Shown here: piece by piece, positions 34,004-39,277 of the stretch
Position numbering within the stretch: position 1 is the stretch's first letter
Layout: each line of letters opens with the position of its first letter
Assembly: GCF_004010195.1 (NCBI RefSeq)
Contig: NC_057758.1
Location: 8,168,748-8,208,024, forward strand
DNA length: 39,277 nucleotides
From: Chiloscyllium plagiosum
Taxonomy: Eukaryota
Reading direction: 5' to 3'
Program-made: the position numbers and the translations under genes
Notes under the pieces: generated by a model
Databases searched by the model: none
What the model was told of the DNA's origin: nothing
The model's input: the letters and a program-made list of their open reading frames with translations, nothing else

Positions 34004-36459
34004 AACCATTATGGACTCCGTCAGAACCCCTCGAAACATTTGAAGAGTGCGGCGCAGGTCCTATCTTTGCTAGTTGTTTTAATCAGGTTTACAGTGGATA
34101 TTGCAGAAGTGATGCAGCTGGTCAATCCACTTAATTTTAAACAAAGCAGAATTTATTTACAAAGATTTCCAAATGAAAGACAAAGAAAAGAGAACACGAT
34201 ACAGAATAACTTAGTTATTTGAAAACACAACAGATCATTCCAACTTAATGATGCTGTTTCAAATACTTGCCACAATCTCGACAAGTACCCCATGGCACAA
34301 AAGGTAAATTCTATTGCATTGTCTGACGGGAGTGATGTCATCGAGAGAGACAGTTTATCACATAGACCTGTTTCTTTGGTTCAACCGGATTCAAAGCTAC
34401 CTGACTGCCTTCACTGAAGAGCCAGACCAGAGATAGCCTGAGGTGGGTGAATTGGAAATCTCCCCTATGTTGGTATATATTATTTATTTTTTGAAATAAA
34501 AGCCTTTTTCTTCAGACAGTATAGGTTAGCTTTAATCAAATTAGCCCTAAAATCCTTCAACTTAGAATCTTCTGAGTCTGTAATGTCCAACTCTTCAAAA
34601 GATAAAATAAAATAAACTTTCTTAAGCGCCAACATTGTCACAATAGTAGAAAATAATTGTGACTTGTTTTATCGATAGTAATAACGATAGAGTCTTTCAG
34701 GAAGCTGGAATAACATATCTCATCTTAACAGGACCTCGAGTTGACTTGTCAGTTCATGACTCTCGTCTCTGCACTAACATCCGATTGTCTTCAGCTTAAT
34801 GCAGGCTCTGAACTGAACGTTTTCAGAACCATGATGTGACACAATATTTCCACGCAAGCTCTATTTTTGACACGACAGTTTACAACCGCATGTTTGTCTG
34901 TATGTGTTTATCCTTTTAATCACCGCAACCTATTTCCCATCAACTATCGGAAATCACAAATAGTTCAAACTCTGGGAGTTTCCAGTTCATCTGAATTGCG
35001 CTTTCCTCTGATCATTGCCCTTGATTCTCATCTTGAGTTCCAATTAGCTAGGAATAGTGATTTTGTCGTAAAGTTCATCTAACATTTGGATGTTCTTTCT
35101 GAAAGGAGATATTGTAGCTGCAATAATGCGTGAGCTGAGATCTTCCCGAAGAACCTTTGGAACTTTCATCTTTCAACCAACCGAATTCAACACCCAGTAC
35201 ATTAAATGTTAATAATTACCACTCACTGCTTTCGAGTCCAATAATCCTGATCCCAAATCGGAACTAGAAACCAAATGCTTTTAACAGCCCCCAAACCATT
35301 ATGGACTCCGTCAGAACCCTTCAAAACATTTGAAGAGTGCGGCGCAGGTCCTATCTTTACTAGTTGTTTTAATCAGGTTTACAGTGGATATTGCAGAAGT
35401 GATGCAGCTGGTCAAACCACTTAATTTTAAACAAAGCAGAATTTATTTACAAGATTTCCAAATGAAAGACAAAGAAAAGAGAACACGATACAGAATAACT
35501 TAGTTTTTTGAAAACACAACAGATCATTCCAACTTAATGATGCTGTTTCAAATACTTGCCACAATCTCGACAAGTACCCCATGGCACAAAAGGTAAATTC
35601 TATTGCATCGTCTGACGGGAGTGATGTCATCGAGAGAGACAGTTTATCACATGGACCTGTTTCTTTGGTTCAACCGGATTCAAAGCTACCTGACTGCCTT
35701 CACTGAAGAGCCAGACCAGAGATAGCCTGAGGTGGGTGAATTGGAAATCTCCCCTATGTTGGTATATATTATTTATTTTTTGAAATAAAAGCCTTTTTCT
35801 TCAGACAGTATAGGTTAGCTTTAATCAAATTAGCCCTAAAATCCTTCAACTTAGAATCTTCTGAGTCTGTAATGTCCAACTCTTCAAAAGATAAAATAAA
35901 ATAAACTTTCTTAAGCGCCAACATTGTCACAATAGTAGAAAATAATTGTGACTTGTTTTATCGATAGTAATAACGATAGAGTCTTTCAGGAAGCTGGAAT
36001 AACATATCTCATCTTAACAGGACCTCGAGTTGACTTGTCAGTTCATGACTCTCGTCTCTGCACTAACATCCGATTGTCTTCAGCTTAATGCAGGCTCTGA
36101 ACTGAACGTTTTCAGAACCATGATGTGACACAATATTTCCACGCAAGCTCTATTTTTGACACGACAGTTTACAACCGCATGTTTGTCTGTATGTGTTTAT
36201 CCTTTTAATCACCGCAACCTATTTCCCATCAACTATCGGAAATCACAAATAGTTCAAACTCTGGGAGTTTCCAGTTCATCTGAATTGCGCTTTCCTCTGA
36301 TCATTGCCCTTGATTCTCATCTTGAGTTCCAATTAGCTAGGAATAGTGATTTTGTCGTACAATTCATCTAACATTTGGATGTTCTTTCTGAAAGGAGATA
36401 TTGTAGCTGCAATAATGCGTGAGCTGAGATCTTCCCGAAGAACCTTTGGAACTTTCATC
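33881..36459 (+). repeat. Direct tandem duplication, two copies of about 1.29 kb (33881-35170 and 35171-36459)
   Basis: Both copies start TTTCAACCAACCGAATTC and end GGAACTTTCATC; about 11 substitutions and one 1-bp indel counted by eye. Confidence 0.97.
34007..34642 (-). mobile_element. 5' LTR of a Gmr1-like relic (second copy at about 35297-35931)
   Basis: Begins TGTGAC on the minus strand, is followed by the PBS-like motif and gag, and is homologous to 29211-29814. Confidence 0.75.
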
Positions 36460-36559
36460 GATCTAATGGCCAACGTAAAACAGATTGTTGCATTGAGATA
36501 AGAGCTATCTTCATCATGCAGCTTCCATGGTTCTCATTACAGTCCTTCTGTACTTGTCC

Positions 36560-38200
36560 ACTCATCTTTAATCATTGGCCTGACTTCCATGGTTTCTATT
36601 AATTTGTTTTAAGGGTATACTAGGGGTTTTGATTTCACACCTGATGAAAGTAGTCATAAATCAATTGAATCAATTTTCCAGCAATTTGTTCAGGAGATAA
36701 GATGAGATGCATTTGAATGGTAAACTATCAAGGGAGCGGTTTGTCTTCGTTGCATTTCCTTCATGGGGAGTCGACCAACTCTCACACTATCTTAACGCAC
36801 AACAAAAAAACATTCTTTTTTTGGGTGGGGGGGGGGGGGGGGCAAATGCCGAGAAGTTACTTACACCTTGCGATTACTACGAGTGATTAGAAATAACATA
36901 AATTGAATATCAATGCCTGTGATTCGACAGCACATCTCCAAAAGTTGAAGACAGACACATGAGTAGATATGTCATCAAATGCAAGTATGTGTGAGAGGAT
37001 TATGCTGCAGTTGCAGAGGATTTGCACATTGCTGACATAAATTGAGACTGCCTTCATGAGAAAAGGTAGCATTCTGTTCTCTCCTGCTACCAAAGTGAGG
37101 TCTTGCGTGTTCATCTTTGCAAGTCATGCAACAGAGTTACCGGCTGAACCATCAAATGTTTGCTGTTTTTCCACACAGTTCACACAAAGGGACGTGAGAT
37201 ACTGCTTCCAAATTTGTGGATGGCAGAAAGATAGCAATTTCTACACATTTCTGTCTCAATTCTGAAGTCCCTTATTCGCAAACTATAGCCTGCCGTTCTC
37301 GATCCTCCGACGAGAGTAAAAATCAGCTCGACCATAAATTTGACTTTCTTTTTAGGCATATCACACAGACTCACAGATTCATACAGTCTGGAGAATATTT
37401 TTTTGTTAACATAAAAAAAATGCAAGAGGAGGAAGTCCATACTTCAGTAATACAGGACATTGGTGATACTGCATCTGGAGAACTGAGCAGTGAACAATTT
37501 CGACGCATGCAGATCACTCAAAACCTGGGAGAACTGTAAACTGTGTGAAGGACAGTACAGAGATTCAAAACGACACGAGCAAATTAGTAGAGTTGGCAGG
37601 TAAGAGGTAGACACATTTCAATTCAGAAAAGTGAAAGCGGATGCACTTTATTGGAAGATCACAGAAAGGCAATATAAAATTGGGATTGAGAGGTACAGTT
37701 GGCAGAAATTTAAAGGGGGCAGGCGCAAAGGGACATGCATGTATCTGTGCACAGATAATAGACCTTGGTAGGACAAAGGGAGAGAACAGCAAAGAAAGAA
37801 TAAACTGGTGCAACTGCTTTCCCTGGAGAGAAAAAGGCTGAGAGGAGATATGATGGAGATTTCAAAATCATGTCGTGATGCTGTACTGTGTACACAGGGA
37901 GAAGGCTTTACCATTTGAAAAAGGATCAAGAATGAGATGGGCGTATGGTCGTATCGTTAACGTGGTGTGCAAAAGAAACAATAGTGAAGGGGGTAAGATC
38001 TTTTACACCCAGCGAGTACTTAAGGTCTGGAATGCATGGCCTGAAAGTATACTCAACGCAAGTTCAATTAATGCTTTCAAGACGGAAGTCGGATATTAGT
38101 TGGGGTGGAAATGAGATGCAGAGATCTGGGGAAAGAGTCACGAAGTTTACATCAGTGGATAGAACAGCAATGTACAAAGCCGGCCGAATAGCATCCGAGT
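36560..38200 (+). mobile_element. Old CR1 ORF2 remnants (patchy)
   Basis: TCATGGGGAGTCGACCAACTCTCACAC (F..G.S..T.L); KLVELAGKR*THFNSEK*KRMHFIGRSQ; GKIFYTQRVLKVWNAWPESILNASSINAFK. Confidence 0.6.
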
Positions 38201-38869
38201 GCGCCCGAAATATTCTGGGAGATTCTGTGACCTTGGAATTCGACTTTCTCCCCCATGCTTCCAGCGAGCAGAACAGACAATCAAACTGTTTGCTTCCTTG
38301 CCGATTATGAAAATGACTGTAAAAAAAGCTAGTGGCATGTGCTCAGTCAATGTGTGCCCAACATTTTAGGTATAACCTGTTCTGAGGCTGTGCCCACCTG
38401 AAGAACACTGTTGCAAGAATCGGCGATCTCAGACACAAGTGCCACACGAGAACCATGAGGATACTGACTTCAGTTGATTCTTAATTTGTTTGTGGAGTCT
38501 ATGTAAGGTCGGACTGTTTAACCGATATTCACCGAGAGGTGTGACTTAAAACCAGCTGAATTGTTAACCAGTCCTTGTCCATGGCGCATTCGGTGCCAAA
38601 TGCACAGAGAACACTGGTGAAAGCACAGGACGTCTGGCAGTTTTAGCGTACAGAGAGGAAATCAGACTTAGCATTTCGGGTCTGGTTGGACTTTTCTGCA
38701 GAGAGAAACCCAACTATTCTGTCGGCAAATACATGCAGAGTGAGAAAAGAAAGGGGGGTGGAGGGAGAGTGTGAGAAAGAGAGAGAGAGGGAGAGCGAGA
38801 GAGAGATAACACAGAGGGCGGAATATTGTTCAAGATCAAGGAATGAAAGATTATCGCAAATGCAGAGGA

Positions 38870-39130
38870 ATAAGATTTAGAATGAAATCAGCCATGATCA
38901 GGGATTTGATTAAAAGTTACAGAATACTGAGCGACCTGGATAGAATGGGCATGACGAAGATGTATCCGTCTTTGGGAAAGGCTGGGATCCGAGGGCAAAG
39001 CCTCAGAGTAACGGGGCACACCGCGAGAATTGATTAAGGAATAATTTCTTCAGGCAGAGAATTGGTGAATCGTGAAACCTATTGCCCAGAAGGCTAGGGA
39101 GGCCAGGTCATTGAGTGCATTTAAGAAAGG
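38870..39130 (+). mobile_element. CR1 3' fragment
   Basis: RDLIKSYRILSDLDRMG..KMYP.LGK...RGQSLRV.G peptide. Confidence 0.75.
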
Positions 39131-39277
39131 AACATAGAATATAGAACATAGAACATTACAGCGCAGTACAGGCCCTTCGGCCTTCGATGTTGCGCCGACC
39201 TGTCATACTAATGTGAAGCCCATCTCATGTACACTATTAAATGTATGTCCAATGACGACTTAAATGCACTTTAACTT
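39130..39277 (-). mobile_element. CR1 3' tail with (AGAACAT)n microsatellite, running off the window
   Basis: GAACATAGAATATAGAACATAGAACATTACAGCGCAGTACAGGCCCTTCGGCC. Confidence 0.85.

Noticed and set aside
33881..36459. CRISPR-like or prokaryotic system; young intact LTR element
   Set aside because: No repeat-spacer array and the DNA is vertebrate. LTR identity is explained by a duplication extending beyond the LTR ends.

Overview
Repeat-dense vertebrate DNA, most likely from a cartilaginous fish (shark). The evidence is HE1-type V-SINEs with CR1/HER1-type tails, many CR1 LINEs, Penelope-like elements (PLEs) and Gmr1-type Gypsy LTR retrotransposon relics. There are three assembly gaps. Almost every ORF in the track is a retroelement fragment or noise, and I see no intact protein-coding gene. 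Best non-routine signals: (1) a clean 127-nt first coding exon of a GPR139/142-like class A GPCR (26591-26717) with a GC splice donor, plus a possible decayed second exon at 32273; (2) a set of minimal type I hammerhead ribozyme motifs in PLE terminal repeats, one with an intact core (31544-31578); (3) a 142-bp near-perfect hairpin built from inverted PLE termini; (4) Gypsy relics whose domain order reads PR-INT and RT-RNaseH-LTR (Gmr1-like); (5) a ~99% identical 1.29-kb tandem duplication carrying an LTR and PBS. I cannot support a wholly new biological system here. Repeat boundaries are approximate (tens of bp), and family names come from motif recognition by eye, not database searches.
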